From assembly GCF_000485595.1 (NCBI RefSeq), contig NW_014577070.1:1082771-1144371 (forward strand): DNA of 61,601 bases. The letters are read 5' to 3'. This stretch comes from Priapulus caudatus (taxonomy: Eukaryota). The translations under genes and the position numbers were made by a program. Within the stretch, counting starts at the first letter, position 1; each line of letters starts with the position of its first letter. Below the pieces are notes generated by a model. That model saw nothing but the letters and a program-made list of their open reading frames with translations. It made no database searches and was not told the DNA's origin. Below are positions 27,236 to 39,967 of the stretch, piece after piece.

Positions 27236-29824
27236 TGGCGGGGTGGTATCGTGTGGAGCGCGTTGGCCGTGTCGCTCGTTTATTTTAATGTGGGTTATGC
27301 CTCTCGATGCATGTAACGGCGTGTGGCGCGTGTGATGTGACGTGCGCTTTGCCTGTGCTGTGTGGATAATTTATTATATGGGTCTAACGTACAAAGCACG
27401 CAAGTGGGTGCGGTGTATTTCTAGTAAATTAGTAGCCACCTGTTATTGTAGAAAGAATGGAAAGATGGCGGAAGATTGTAGATGCGGGGAGAAAAGGTGG
27501 ATAGGAAGTTAAACATGCACATCAATCAAAACACGCGCGCACGCAAGCAGCTAATCGACTTCAAACGAACGGCCTTGCAATCGGCGGTCAGCTTCAGCCG
27601 TGTAGACCGGCTTCTGGAACCCGATCTCGTGTCGCAGTGACCGGGTCCTGAGTTACCACACCCGTTTATGGCTGGCGTTTGCGAAACGCTATCCCGCAAA
27701 CACCCGCACTCCAGCGCGCCACGCCCGCTGATCCAATCATCGATCGGTATTAAAAGGACGAGCGTAAAGACATATCATGCTTATTTATCTTCTACATTTC
27801 GTCGCGACGGCCTTTATCTTCGGCGCATAGCTTCTTGGCGGCTACGCTGTCCGGTTGCTCTGTCTGCCGACAGCGAGGCGCTGCGAGCCAACGACGGCCC
27901 GCCATCTTGGCTCGTGAAGCATGGCGCTGGGCCTGCTCTTCGGCAATTGTCTTTTTTTTTCTCGCATTATTTTTATTGTAACTGACCCTGATTTTTGTAT
28001 CGCGTGACCTATATGGTTTGCAAAATGCTTTGGTGTTGTAATTGTTGGTACATAGTGTATGCCGTCGTTAGCTACTGATCTCTTCACCTTCACGGTTGCT
28101 AGATGGCGGGCCATACGACATGTCGCACAGTCATGGTCGCACACACACACATGGGACACACAACACACACAACACACAACATACACACAATACACACACC
28201 AGCCGACACACACAGCACACACATGCACACACCACACAACACACACACAGGCACCCAACACATACTACACAGCACACACACACACACACACACACAAACT
28301 CACAACACCACACATACATACACACACAACACACACACACACACACACACACATACACTACATCACACACACACACACACACAACACACAAGCGACAACA
28401 CACCTCACACACACACGACACAACACAGGCGACACACACACAGACGCACACAACAGCACACACACACACAACACACACACCGACACACACAGGCCCCACG
28501 ACAACGCGCGCGCGTTACATGCCCAACGAAGAATGACGCAGGTTAGTTCAGAGCGCGTAAAAAAAAAGACAAAACACAAAAACCAATGCATGCAAAAACT
28601 GACAAGAATCGCAATGCATCGCAATCATCACAATCATCGACGCCTAATGCACGCGTCATCAATGCAATCGCGATCATTGCAATTATCGGCAGAAAGCAAA
28701 ATGATAAAGAGAGATAAAATGAAACAGACTAAACATGCAGGTGTGGATAAACATTTCCCTGGTAATAAAGTTTTGCAACCGGTTATACCTGTCACTCACT
28801 AAAAGTGGTCAGCGTGTCGCATAAAAGGTAACTTTTGTGCGTTTGCATTTGCGTGACGCGTTATGTACAGGGTTGACTACACGTCTCCTAGCGGCAGCAA
28901 GGCATGTGTAAATATTAAGAAGGATACGTGGGGTTGTGGTAAAGGCCCGAAAATGGGCGTATATGATGTTAAGGGTATAATAACATTGATTTCAGATTAT
29001 AGTTGCCAAGCTGATTGTTAATTTTTGAGCCGTAACGCGCCATTATAATAGAGAATGCCAAGAATGCCGCCGCACGACTGCAAAAATCTATTAATTGCGG
29101 CTATCTTCGTAAAATAGCTTGGCACTACGTATCATCCTAAAATCATTTAGTAACGCCTTAACATCATATACTGGCCAATTTGTGGCGTTTACCACAAAAC
29201 CCCACAATTCTTTTCACAAGTTGATTCCGCTGGCCAATCCCATGCAGTACTGCGAAGCGAATATGCTCAGCAGCCTTAACACTCTCTCAACGACGCACTA
29301 TCAGTTCCTCTCTAGAACAGTCAATGCGGCATAGTCGGCGTGGACGTTACTTAGTACCTCAGAACGAGACCGAAGGAGGTCGAGATTTATGTCCACGAGC
29401 TTGTTGTGTACACGGGGCAGGTTTTTTTAATAGCGCTAATACGCACATCCGGTCCACCCGCTCATTCGAAGTTTACTGTTGTTCCGCGTGTTTTACGGCA
29501 GGGCCTGGATTAGGTCTAGTGCGGGGTCTGTAGCATATGTTATAAAGGGGCCATCAAATTTAAAAAAATAATGGAGAACGACATAATATTTAACAGATTA
29601 ATTCTAAATCTAATACAGATTTGAATAAATTTACCTGATAACCAACAACTGCTGCCAGGACTCATTAGTTGTCATTAATGTTTACGGGTATACTAAAATT
29701 AATACTTTTTTATAATAACGAAAATTTAACTAGTTAGGTAGTTCATGATATTACGGGCCCCCCTAACGCACGGGGCCCGTAGCAAATGCGTATTTTCTAC
29801 TTATTGTTTTAATCCCCCGGTAAT
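27236..29824 (+). repeat. Copy 1 of an apparently exact 2.6-kb direct duplication (copy 2 at 39968-42556)
   Basis: Identical ORF translations at a constant offset of 12732, including the irregular CA tract; each copy abuts an N-gap. Confidence 0.92.
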
Positions 29825-31516
29825 GGTGTTTAGACATGTTACATGTTCGCATGCTGTATGTTAGCGCTTTGCCGTGATCCCAACATAAACCGCTAACACT
29901 TACACATTACAATTGTACATGTTTACCAGTATTTACTGATTACGCTGTTTACATGTTTACCGTGTTTGACATGTTTATATGTTTACGATGTTCTAATGTT
30001 GCATCTTAAGCTACATGTCGTGAAACAACTTGGATATCGTCCTGAAACGACAAAGGAGTAGACGTAGACCCACCTTGCCACAGCCAATAACATTTACGTA
30101 TAGCCCTAATCGCTAATGCAATACTAAATAATATATTATTATTAATGATAACATTACATATTAATATAGATTGTAATTATTAAAGCCGGCGGAACTCGTA
30201 CTGACACTAAAACTGAGCGATGATATTAATATTAATATTAATATTAGTGTAAATAGTGAAATAGCCTAACAAACACTCGTTCTAACAAGCTCGAAATGAT
30301 TTTATTATTAATATAAATATCGATTGTTATTGTAATTTAGTAACAGCACTAATAATATTGTCTGACACTACTACTACGATATATTTCTTAAATTGGAATT
30401 AACTATACAGTCAAAGCTAAAGAGCGTGTCGAATGCTCAAGTCCTCCCTGCCCTCGCTCATTTCTCCGCTCGCATTTGGCCACTCTCACCAGCTGTCGCG
30501 TGCTTATATGCGTATCATAGCGCATGCGCTACTACAATTATCTTGTCTACATTTGACATACATCGGCAAGAGCTTGTTTGAATCATGACCAAGGATTTGT
30601 TTAAACACGTGCATGTAAGTGGTTTTAAAAAAGCAAACATCGCACATGATTAAATTTTTAATTAGCATGTATAATAATGAAGCAGTGAAATTCAGTTTTG
30701 CGTGCATTTGGACTGGTCCGCTCGCGCAATGCATTACAGCATTGTCAAAACCTGCGGCAATTGTTTTTGCAGAGAAAAAAAGGGGCCAAGCATTTAACAT
30801 GATTAAATTTTTTACTTTAAATTATAACTGAGGGAGCGAATTCAGTTTGCGCGGCATGGAATGTCCACAGCGGGCAATGCACATCACACATCCAGGGTAC
30901 GCTTACACTGCGGACAGTTTCGCGCGCTGATCAGTCCAAACACGTTTGACTTTGAGAGCAGCGTGCTGTGCAAAATTCGTAACCTAGCTTGCGCGCTATC
31001 AATAAATAAGCCGTAGATAAACCGAAGCGCGCGTCGATTCAACGCAAAAGTGTTAAAGCATCTGTAGGTTCAAGATTAGCCCGTGAAACAATAGTTTATG
31101 CATAATAGAGGATTTTAGGAATAGGAGATTTAGCTCAATATCACACCTCAGTGGGTAGTTTATTCATTAATCTGCCCCTCTCCACCGTAGCAATATTAAA
31201 TCATTTATGGCACAAGTACATGAAATATAACTTCCAGCACTCGCATGTTGAGATTAATTCAGTCGACAGAAAGAGTAAAATATTATTGACAGGCTACCTA
31301 TAGGCTAAGAGCATCCAAATATAGTACCATGACACGTCGTTTCCGAGAGAATAATATATAATACGCTAACTATGAAGTGCTATTATCAAAGATAGTAATC
31401 GCGGTATTATTTGATGTCCTACTTATTCACACGATTGGCGCACATTCCTAAAATATATTAGGGCAGATACTTCTAGGGTATACAGTAGAAGACAGGTCCA
31501 ACGGGCGAGTAAGTTG

Positions 31517-31560
<44 letters not shown>

Positions 31561-32225
31561 TTTTTTTTTTGTTGTTTTTGATGTATGGCAGCACTGACGA
31601 ACGATGCGGTGTGTGTGTATGCGTGCGCCTGCGTGCGCGTGTGTGCATGCGGCGTGCGTGCGTGCTCTACTACGTACGATTATTGAACAGGACATTTTAA
31701 CACGACATATTGACCTTTATTACCAGCCCTGTGGCAGAGCCAATGGCTGCACGGACAGGGCTAGGTCTTTACGTGATATATAAGTTTTATACTTTTATAC
31801 ACTATACTTTATGAGTTTTATACTGCGTGATTACGTTACATACATTTTGCACGAACCTGATGCGGATTGATGCCGTAACTTTAGTAGGACATGCTGATCG
31901 TATGGGACTATTGTACGATAGGGACTGTACATGCGATAGGGACTATTGTAGCCGATTATGTTATAGGTCTTTTTTAACGGTTTTTTTCACATTACGGGGG
32001 GGGGACAAAGGGGAGGCTGGCCCTCTCTTAGACTCTAGAGGAAAATACAATTAAATCTTGAAAATTTATACTTTGTAGGTAGACTGAGTGCTTCGCATCT
32101 TCCTCGTTATATTTCTCAATCGAGTTACTATAAATTGTGCACCCCACAGAACCAACACCATAGACATTTAGTTAGGCTACGGCCGTGGATACTTAACTTC
32201 AACTATGTTGATATTATGCACCTAC

Positions 32226-32354
32226 CTCCTCGTGGAGGAAGTGAGACATCGCCAACTCTTTGAATTTCTTCAGATGACTCGCAGAGTTGCGTTTATTATT
32301 GATCTCCGAGACGATCTTAAATAGATCCTGGTGCTCCTCGTCAAACTCCTTGTA
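32226..32354 (-). CDS. Hr: Hemerythrin-like C2 exon 2 (displaced segment; noisy exon 1 copy at ~33936-34004)
   Basis: ttctag|YKEFDEEHQDLFKIVSEINNKRNSASHLKKFKELAMSHFLHEE|gtagg, 129 nt with no indels. The flanking introns match C1 introns, and the upstream noisy exon 1 carries the C2-type codon (KAF). Confidence 0.85.
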
Positions 32355-32736
32355 CTAGAAGCAAAAACCCACAAGTAACGAGATAATTACAAGTGTGATT
32401 ATCTATTGCACGTTATTCATGTGATATGATCGATTGATGATTATGAGATATCAAAGAATTTATTAGGAAAAGTTCTTCTATGATATTGTAGAAGTAGTTC
32501 TAGCGTGGTAGAGCGTGCAATAGACAGTTATAGTAGTCATAGCAAATATAGCAGTTATAGTAGTTCTAACAGTTGTATCTGTTATATCAGTAATAGGCGT
32601 TATAATAGTCGTAGGAATTATAGCTATAGTAGTTATAGTAGTTATTACAGTTGTCAATCGGTTTGATACCAACAGTGTTATTTAGCGTCAGTCATTGCAA
32701 TAGAAATTTTCGTTGAAATATTAAATAGAAACTATG

Positions 32737-32772
<36 letters not shown>

Positions 32773-32774
32773 TA

Positions 32775-33478
32775 ATGGAAGCAGAGAAGATCGAGGTATT
32801 GAAGAACAAGCATTTGCATGGAAAATACTACAAGAGCCTCGACAGGCCATTTGTCGACAAGATTGAAAGCGCTGCCTGGCTGAGTAGTTCCGGGCTCAAG
32901 GGGGAGACAGAAAACCTGACCATTGCAGCCCAGGACCAAGCACTCGACACCAGATATCATCAACGCAACATCTTCAAGCAACAGGTCAACAGCAAGTGCA
33001 GAATGTGCAGCAAGGCAGAGGAGACCATCAGCCACATCATCGCCGGATGCACAGTGCTGGCCCCAACCGAGTACACAACCCGCCATAACAAGGTAGCCAG
33101 CTATCTGCACTGGTTCATCTGCAATGAACTTGATGAGCAAGTACCTGGAAAGTGGTATGAACATACTCCGAGACCAGTTACCAACATTGGAGATACTACC
33201 ATAAAGTGGGATATGACCGTGCAGACAGATCGAGACGAGACGAGAATTGTGCCAGTGATGGTTGGAGCCTTTGGCTCTATAAAGAATGGTCTTAAGAAGA
33301 ACCTCAAGTATCTCCCTGGCCACCACACTGCCCACGAAGTGCAGAAAATCGCACTACTGGGCACTAAACCCTGGGGAACAGCATCACATCCTGCGCAAAA
33401 TTCTGGGATTGAATCCGCTATGTCCTGGTTGGGAGCACGGCCAACCCTGGAGCACCGGCTAATGCGAGATCCACTTGT
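32775..33478 (+). mobile_element. 5'-truncated R4/Dong-clade non-LTR retrotransposon fragment (zinc knuckle + partial restriction-like endonuclease)
   Basis: ORF has LHGKY...WL...ETE...AAQDQAL.TR, the CCHC knuckle CRMC-x8-H-x4-C, the RHNKV motif, WD..VQTDR and a terminal IVPV.VGA.G...QK.ALLGT. The PD..D core appears deleted. (TAA)n lies on both sides. Confidence 0.85.
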
Positions 33479-34699
33479 AATAATAATAATAATAATAATA
33501 AATAACATACAATACTATACTTAAACACACAATAATAATAAGTAATGGCCCCAATATATTGTAACGGTGATATATGCGCACTATATGAATGTTAACGCAG
33601 CGACGCACAGTCGATCGCTATCTCAGCATCTTAAACATTTAATTATGATTAATTATTTATAACCTTGATTGTTATTTTACTGAGATTTATTATGGGGAAG
33701 CGTTTTCAAAACTATGCTTTCTCTATACTTAGGCCGATACAGGCAGAACACACAAGCACAACAACGATCATAAATATGTAAACAGATTATAGGCAGAAAT
33801 TACTCACTAATGCAGCAGCAATCAGAGTATTCATTTTTCATTAAACCCAAAACTAGCTGTAGCCTACTTGCACTCTCAGAAATTATCACAGCACACGGTG
33901 ATACGGGGGTGGGTTATTAAAGTTCTTGTACTGTACGGCCGAACGGAGAAACTCATCGTCCAAGCAAAAAGGCCTCCGGCAGCTGGAAACGCTTTTATTT
34001 CCATGCGTGTTTGACACGTTGTCGGAAGCAAAATTCTCAGATAACTAAACGCGAATAATTGATGATGGCTGCAACACACAGGCGGATTGCGTTTTATAGG
34101 CAGAGGGAAGACTCCGCTGCATCAGCGTTGTAGGGGGGAGCAATGCCACCCATACGTAGCTAATAATGTGTCAATGATTTTCCTCGATGTATAGTGTATT
34201 ACTCGCATGCTCGTCGAGGAAAAGTTTAAGAAACAGCATCATTCTGAATAATGATCTTTTCATTCTCATCTCTCAGATCAATTTTGATAATGAAACTTAT
34301 TCGTGTATTGCTAATCCACACACCACAGATTTTACCAGACACACCCCCCACAGACACCACCTAACCGACACTTTACTCATGCTGCTATTTAGCTAACGCT
34401 AGGCCTCTGCTGGCTATCGTGTCGATCCTTGATATTCAGGGATGACTACGGCGACGGTTTCTACAGTGTCGGGTCTTCGGTTCTTTGTTTTTAGAGCATC
34501 TGTATTTGCATTTTCTTCGCATTGATGAGGGCTGATTAAGTCGGCGGCTTCTAGTGAACTTTGTTGCCATGCGTAAGGCATAGCCATAAGTCCATTCGTG
34601 GGACTCGGGCTAGGTGCATTGTTCGTAGGGGTGTCTGGCCGATGATTTTCAAGACACACAACTCATCAGAATCATTTATTACTTACTGCTTCGCCTCCG

Positions 34700-36549
34700 T
34701 GGTGGACCTGTGCCTTCATAAGTGGTGATCACAAGCCACACAAATAGCCGCTCCTTTGCTAGAGGTGGAAGCAGAGGTATGCTAGAATTACATTCAGGGG
34801 CAAAAGGCAGAGAAGAGAGACGGTTTGCAGTGATGTAGGTTTATGTAACAGGGTGTGCAGGACAGGATGAGGAGAAATGACAACATAAAGTAGAGAAAAA
34901 TAATGAGACAAAAAGAGAAGAGAAAGAAAGCACGAGAGAGCAAGAGAGGGGAGAGGGTCACGAGAGAATTGGAAGGGACGGACGAGAGGGGAGGAAGAGG
35001 AAAGCATGCACTGCACTACAAAACCAATGCAGAGAAAGAGAGGTGGAGGAGGGGTGGGAGGTACGAAGAACATCGAAGAATCGCAATGCATGCACACAGC
35101 AATCATCAGCGTTGTAAACTTCATTCTTGATAAATACCACTTCATAGTGTAGCGATAAGAGTGGACGGAGACAAGCCTGAAATTCTCGAAAGGGAGAGAG
35201 GGGAACAGGAGATGATGCGGGGAGAGTTCTGCAATTCACTCTCTAGGATGATGCGTGCCTTCTTCAGTATTGTAAGAAACATTCGATCAACGTGTGTAAG
35301 AGGCGGTTTGCGAATCGACGTCGTAGAAGAACACAGGGTGGAAGGGTTGTGAATGAGGATGAAATGGGCAGGGGGAGAGAGACGGACGGGCTGTAGCGAA
35401 TCATGGGGATGTGGTAATAAACGGGTCAAGAATGATTGAGAGATATATAGTAAAAGAGAGAGAGAGAGGGGAGGGGGAGAGGGAGGTGCAATTTGATCGG
35501 CAGGAGGGAGAGATTTGGAGAAGAGGGCAGGGCGGAGAGGAGGAGAAGAGAGTTTTAAGAATTGGCCCAGAGTGGGATCGAGAGAGAGACACGTAGAGAG
35601 AAGAGAAGTAGAGATAACTCAACTAGGAGAGCGAGAGAAAAGAGAGGGCAGAGGAGAAAGATGCGGCAAGAAGTGAATGAAAAAGAGAAGATAAAATTAG
35701 GGAATTACAAGCGTTGGAAAATAGGTATGTAATGTTTGCATAGTATCAATTACGTGTCCTCATATGGATGTGGGATAGAATAGGAAGAAGGATCGAATAG
35801 ATTATAATGGAAAGGAGAGAGAGAAGAGAAAGAGAGTAGTAGATAATGATTAGCCTGGAGAGAGAGAAGGGGAGAGAGAGAGAGAAAGAGGAGAGAGGTA
35901 AGAGAGAGAGAGAGAGCAGGAGCACGAGCGATTGGTGAAGATGGAAGGGAGCGAGGATGAGAATAGATAGAATAGCTATGCCCTGGATAAAGTTGTCAAA
36001 CGACGAAGCGGGTAGTAAAGATCACGACTGTTACTACATTATATAATTAAAAAGTGGTCACTATAGAGCATGTACCATGAGAAGAGGTACTATTTGGGTC
36101 GTGTGGATGCCTGATTGAGTGAGCCTGAAGAGATTATATGTGCATGGGTATGGACTACAGTTCGCCTACGGAGCAAGGCATGTGTAAATATTAAGAAAGG
36201 ATCGGTAGGGGAGAGGAGAAGAGCGGGGTTTTTTGAGAGAGCGATTTTTTTTTTTTTTTTTTTTTTTGTTTTTTTATTTATTTTTTTTTTTTGTTTGTAT
36301 TTTTTTTTTTGTAGTTGATTGTATGTTATGTATGATTTTGTTATGTTTTTATGTTTATGTATTTTTTGTATTATTTTTTTTTTTTTTTTGTTTTTTTTTT
36401 TTTTTTTTTGTGTATTTGTAGTTTTGATATTGTATGTATGTTGTTATTTTTATTGTTTAGATGTTTTTGTTTTATTGATTTTTTGTTGGGTTTTTTGTTT
36501 TTTTTTTTTTTTGTTTTTTTTCTTTTATTTTTTTTTTTTGTTTTTGTTG

Positions 36550-36593
<44 letters not shown>

Positions 36594-36700
36594 TTTTTTT
36601 TTTTTTTTTTATTTTTTTGTATTTTTTGTTTTGTATTTTTTTTTTTATTTTCTTTATTTTTTTTTTATTTTTTTTTTTTTTTTTTTTTGATTTTGATTGT
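34700..36700. other. Low-quality purine-rich then poly-T sequence (degraded read)
   Basis: Recognisable fragments of 24600-25400/28600-28930 are interspersed with GA runs and end in ~470 nt of near-poly-T. Confidence 0.7.
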
Positions 36701-37774
36701 GTAAAGGCACGGAAAAGTGGGGCGTATATGATAGTTAAGGGTATACTAATAATGATTTTCAGATAATAGTGCCAAAACTGATTTAATTCTTTTCCGTAAG
36801 AGGCCCATTAAGGAGAAGAATACCAAGATTGGCCGCGCGCAACGACTGCAAAAAGTTATTAATTGCGGAGCATATCTTTACGGTAAATAGGTGAGCACTG
36901 AAACGTATGATCTAAAAGTCATTAGGACACCTTTAACATATATACGCACTTTGTAGCCGTTTGTACCAGACCCCTGAGAGACAACCGACGAGAGAGAGAG
37001 ACCGAATCGAATTCTTGTCACATATCGCGTCCCACTCCCATGCAGTAAAGAATGACGACAATAATCTCAGAATGGCCTTAACACTCTTGCAACGACATCT
37101 AATCAGNNNNNNNNNNNNNNNNNNNNNNNNNAATTGTAAATGTGTAAGTGTAGGTGTTCATGTGATCACGGCAACACGTAATATACAGCATGCGAACATG
37201 TAACATGTCTAAACACCATTACCGGATTAACAATAGTAGCAAAAGTAGCATTTGCTACGGGCCCCGTGGTTAGGGGGCCCGTAATATCATGAACTACCTA
37301 ATAGTTAAATTTTGTTATTATAAAAAATATATTATTTTAGTATACCCGTAAACTTGATACAATAATGAGTCCTGGCAGAGTTTGTTTATCAGTAAATTTA
37401 TTACAAATGTATTAGATTTAGATTAAGTTAAATTTATTTGTTTCAATTTTGTTTTATTTATGGCCCCTTTATAACATATGCTACAGACCCCGCACTAGCC
37501 TAATCCGGCCCTGGTAAACACGCGGAACAAGTAAACATTCAATGAGGGGCAGGACCGGATGTGCGTATTGCGATTAAAAAAAACCCTGCCCCGTGTACAC
37601 AACAAACTCGTGATATACTCGACCCCTTCGGTCGTTCTACTACTAAGTAAGTCCACGCCGCATATCCGCATTGCTGTTAGAGTGACTGATAGATGTCGTT
37701 GAGAGAGTGTTAAGGCTGTGAGGTAATGTCGATTACTGCATGGGATTGGAGCGGATATGTGAAAGAATTGTGGG

Positions 37775-38030
37775 TTTTGTGGTAAACGCACCAAAATTGG
37801 CGTATATGATGTTAAGGGTATACTAAATGATTTTAGATATACGTAGTGCCAAGCTATTTACGAAGATAGCGCAATTAATAGATTTTTGCAGTCGTGCGGC
37901 GGCCATCTTGGATTCTCTATTTAATGGGCGTTACGGAAAAAATTAAATCAGCTTGGCACTATATCTGAAATCATTTAGTATACCCTTAACATCATATACG
38001 CCCATTTTCGTGCCTTTACCACAACCCCAC
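37775..38030. mobile_element. Fold-back/MITE-like repeat with ~85-bp inverted arms
   Basis: gcgtatatgatgttaagggtatactaaatgattt...agtgccaagct versus agcttggcact...aaatcatttagtatacccttaacatcatatacgc; related copies near 25190-25320, 28930-29210 and 57650-57735. Confidence 0.55.
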
Positions 38031-39967
38031 AATCCTTCTTAATATTTACACATGCCTGCTCCGCTAGGGAGACTGTAGTCGACCCTGTACATAACGGTCA
38101 CGCAATGCAAACGACCAAAAGTTACCTTTATGGACAGGTGACTACTTTTATAGTGACAGGTATAACCGGTTGAAAACTTTATTCCAGGGAAGAATGTTTA
38201 TCCACACCATGCATGTTTAGTTGTTTCATTTATCTCTCTTTATCATTTTGCTTTCTGCGATAATTGCAATGATCGCGATTGATTGATGACGCGTTGATTA
38301 GGCGTGATGATTGTGATGATTGCGATGATTGCGATTCTTGTGTTTTTTGATGCTTTGGTTTTTGTGTTTTTGAAAAAAACAAACATGTGCAACAACTAAA
38401 CTCTCCATATAACACCTTACACATAACACTACTGGTAACACATGCATCACAGTCACTAAGCCCGCGCTTAGCGCGGGTTCCAGCTAGTCTTTGATAAATA
38501 GCACTTCATAGTTAGCGTAAGTGACGGAAACGAGTTGTCTGGTACTATATTTGGATGCTCTTAGTATAGGTAGCCTATCAATAATATTTTACTTTTTCCT
38601 GTCGACTGAATTAATCTCAACATGCGAGTGTGGATAGTTATGTCTCATGTACTTGTGCCATAAATGATTTAATATTGCTAGGGTGAGAGGGGGCAGATTA
38701 ATGAATAAACTACCCACTGAGGTGTGATAATTGAGTAAATCTCCTAATTTCCAAAATCCTCTATTAGATAAACTTTGTTTCACGGTGTAATTGAACCTAC
38801 AGATTACCTACACTTTGCGTGAATCGACGCGGTTCGGGTTATCACGGCTTATTTATTGTAGCTCGCAAGCTAGTTACGCAATTTGCACGAGGTCAAAGTC
38901 AAACGTGTTTGGACGAGCGCGCGAAACTGTCCGCAGTGTAAGCGTACCCTGGATGTGTGATGTGCATTGCCGCGTGGACATTCCATGCGCGCAAACTGAA
39001 TTCGCTCCCTCAGTTATAATTTAAGTAAAAATTTAATCATGTTAAATGTTTGCTTTTTTTCTTAAAACAATTGCGCATGTTTGACAATGTGTAATGCATT
39101 GCCGCGAGGACATTCCATGCACGCAAACTGAATTCACTGCTTCATTATTATAATGTAATTAAAAATTTAATCATGTGCGATGTTTGCTTTTTTTTAAACC
39201 ACTTACATGCACGTGTTTAAACAAATCCTTGTCATGATTCAACAAGCTCTTGCCGATGTATGTCAAATGTAGACAAGATAATTGTAGGTACCGCGCATGC
39301 GCTATGATACGATATAAGCACGGACTTGACATAGGCTCCTAATGTGTTGACAGTGGGAGAGTGCAAGGGAGCGGAGAATGAGCGAGGGAGGGAGGACTTG
39401 AGCATCGACAGCTCTTAGCTTTGACTTATAGTTAATCCAATAAGAAATTATCGTAGTAGTAGTGTCAGACAATATATTAGGCTGTTATTAATTACAATAA
39501 CATTAATATTAATATTAATAATAAAATCATCGTAGTTGTTAGACGAGTTGTTAGGCTATTACTATTTACACTAATATTAATATTAATATTAATATCATCG
39601 TAGTTTTAGTGTCAGACGAGATTCCGGGCTTTTAATAATTACAATTATATTAATATGAATGTTAACATTAATAATAATATTATTATTAGTTATGCATTAG
39701 GATTAGGGCTATACGTAATGTTATGGTGTGGCAGGTGGGCTACGTCTACTCCTTGTGGTTCAGGACGTATCCAAGTGTTCACGACATGTAGCTTGAAGAT
39801 GCAACTAGAACACGTAAACATGTAAACATGTCAACACGTAAACATGTAAACAGGTAAACATGTCAATAGGTAAACATGTACAATTGTAAATGTGTAAGTG
39901 TAGGTGTTTATGTGATCACGGCAACACGTAACATACAGCATGCGAACATGTAACATGTCTAAACACC

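Noticed and set aside
36115..36704. Poly-Phe ORFs
   Set aside because: Poly-T low-quality sequence.
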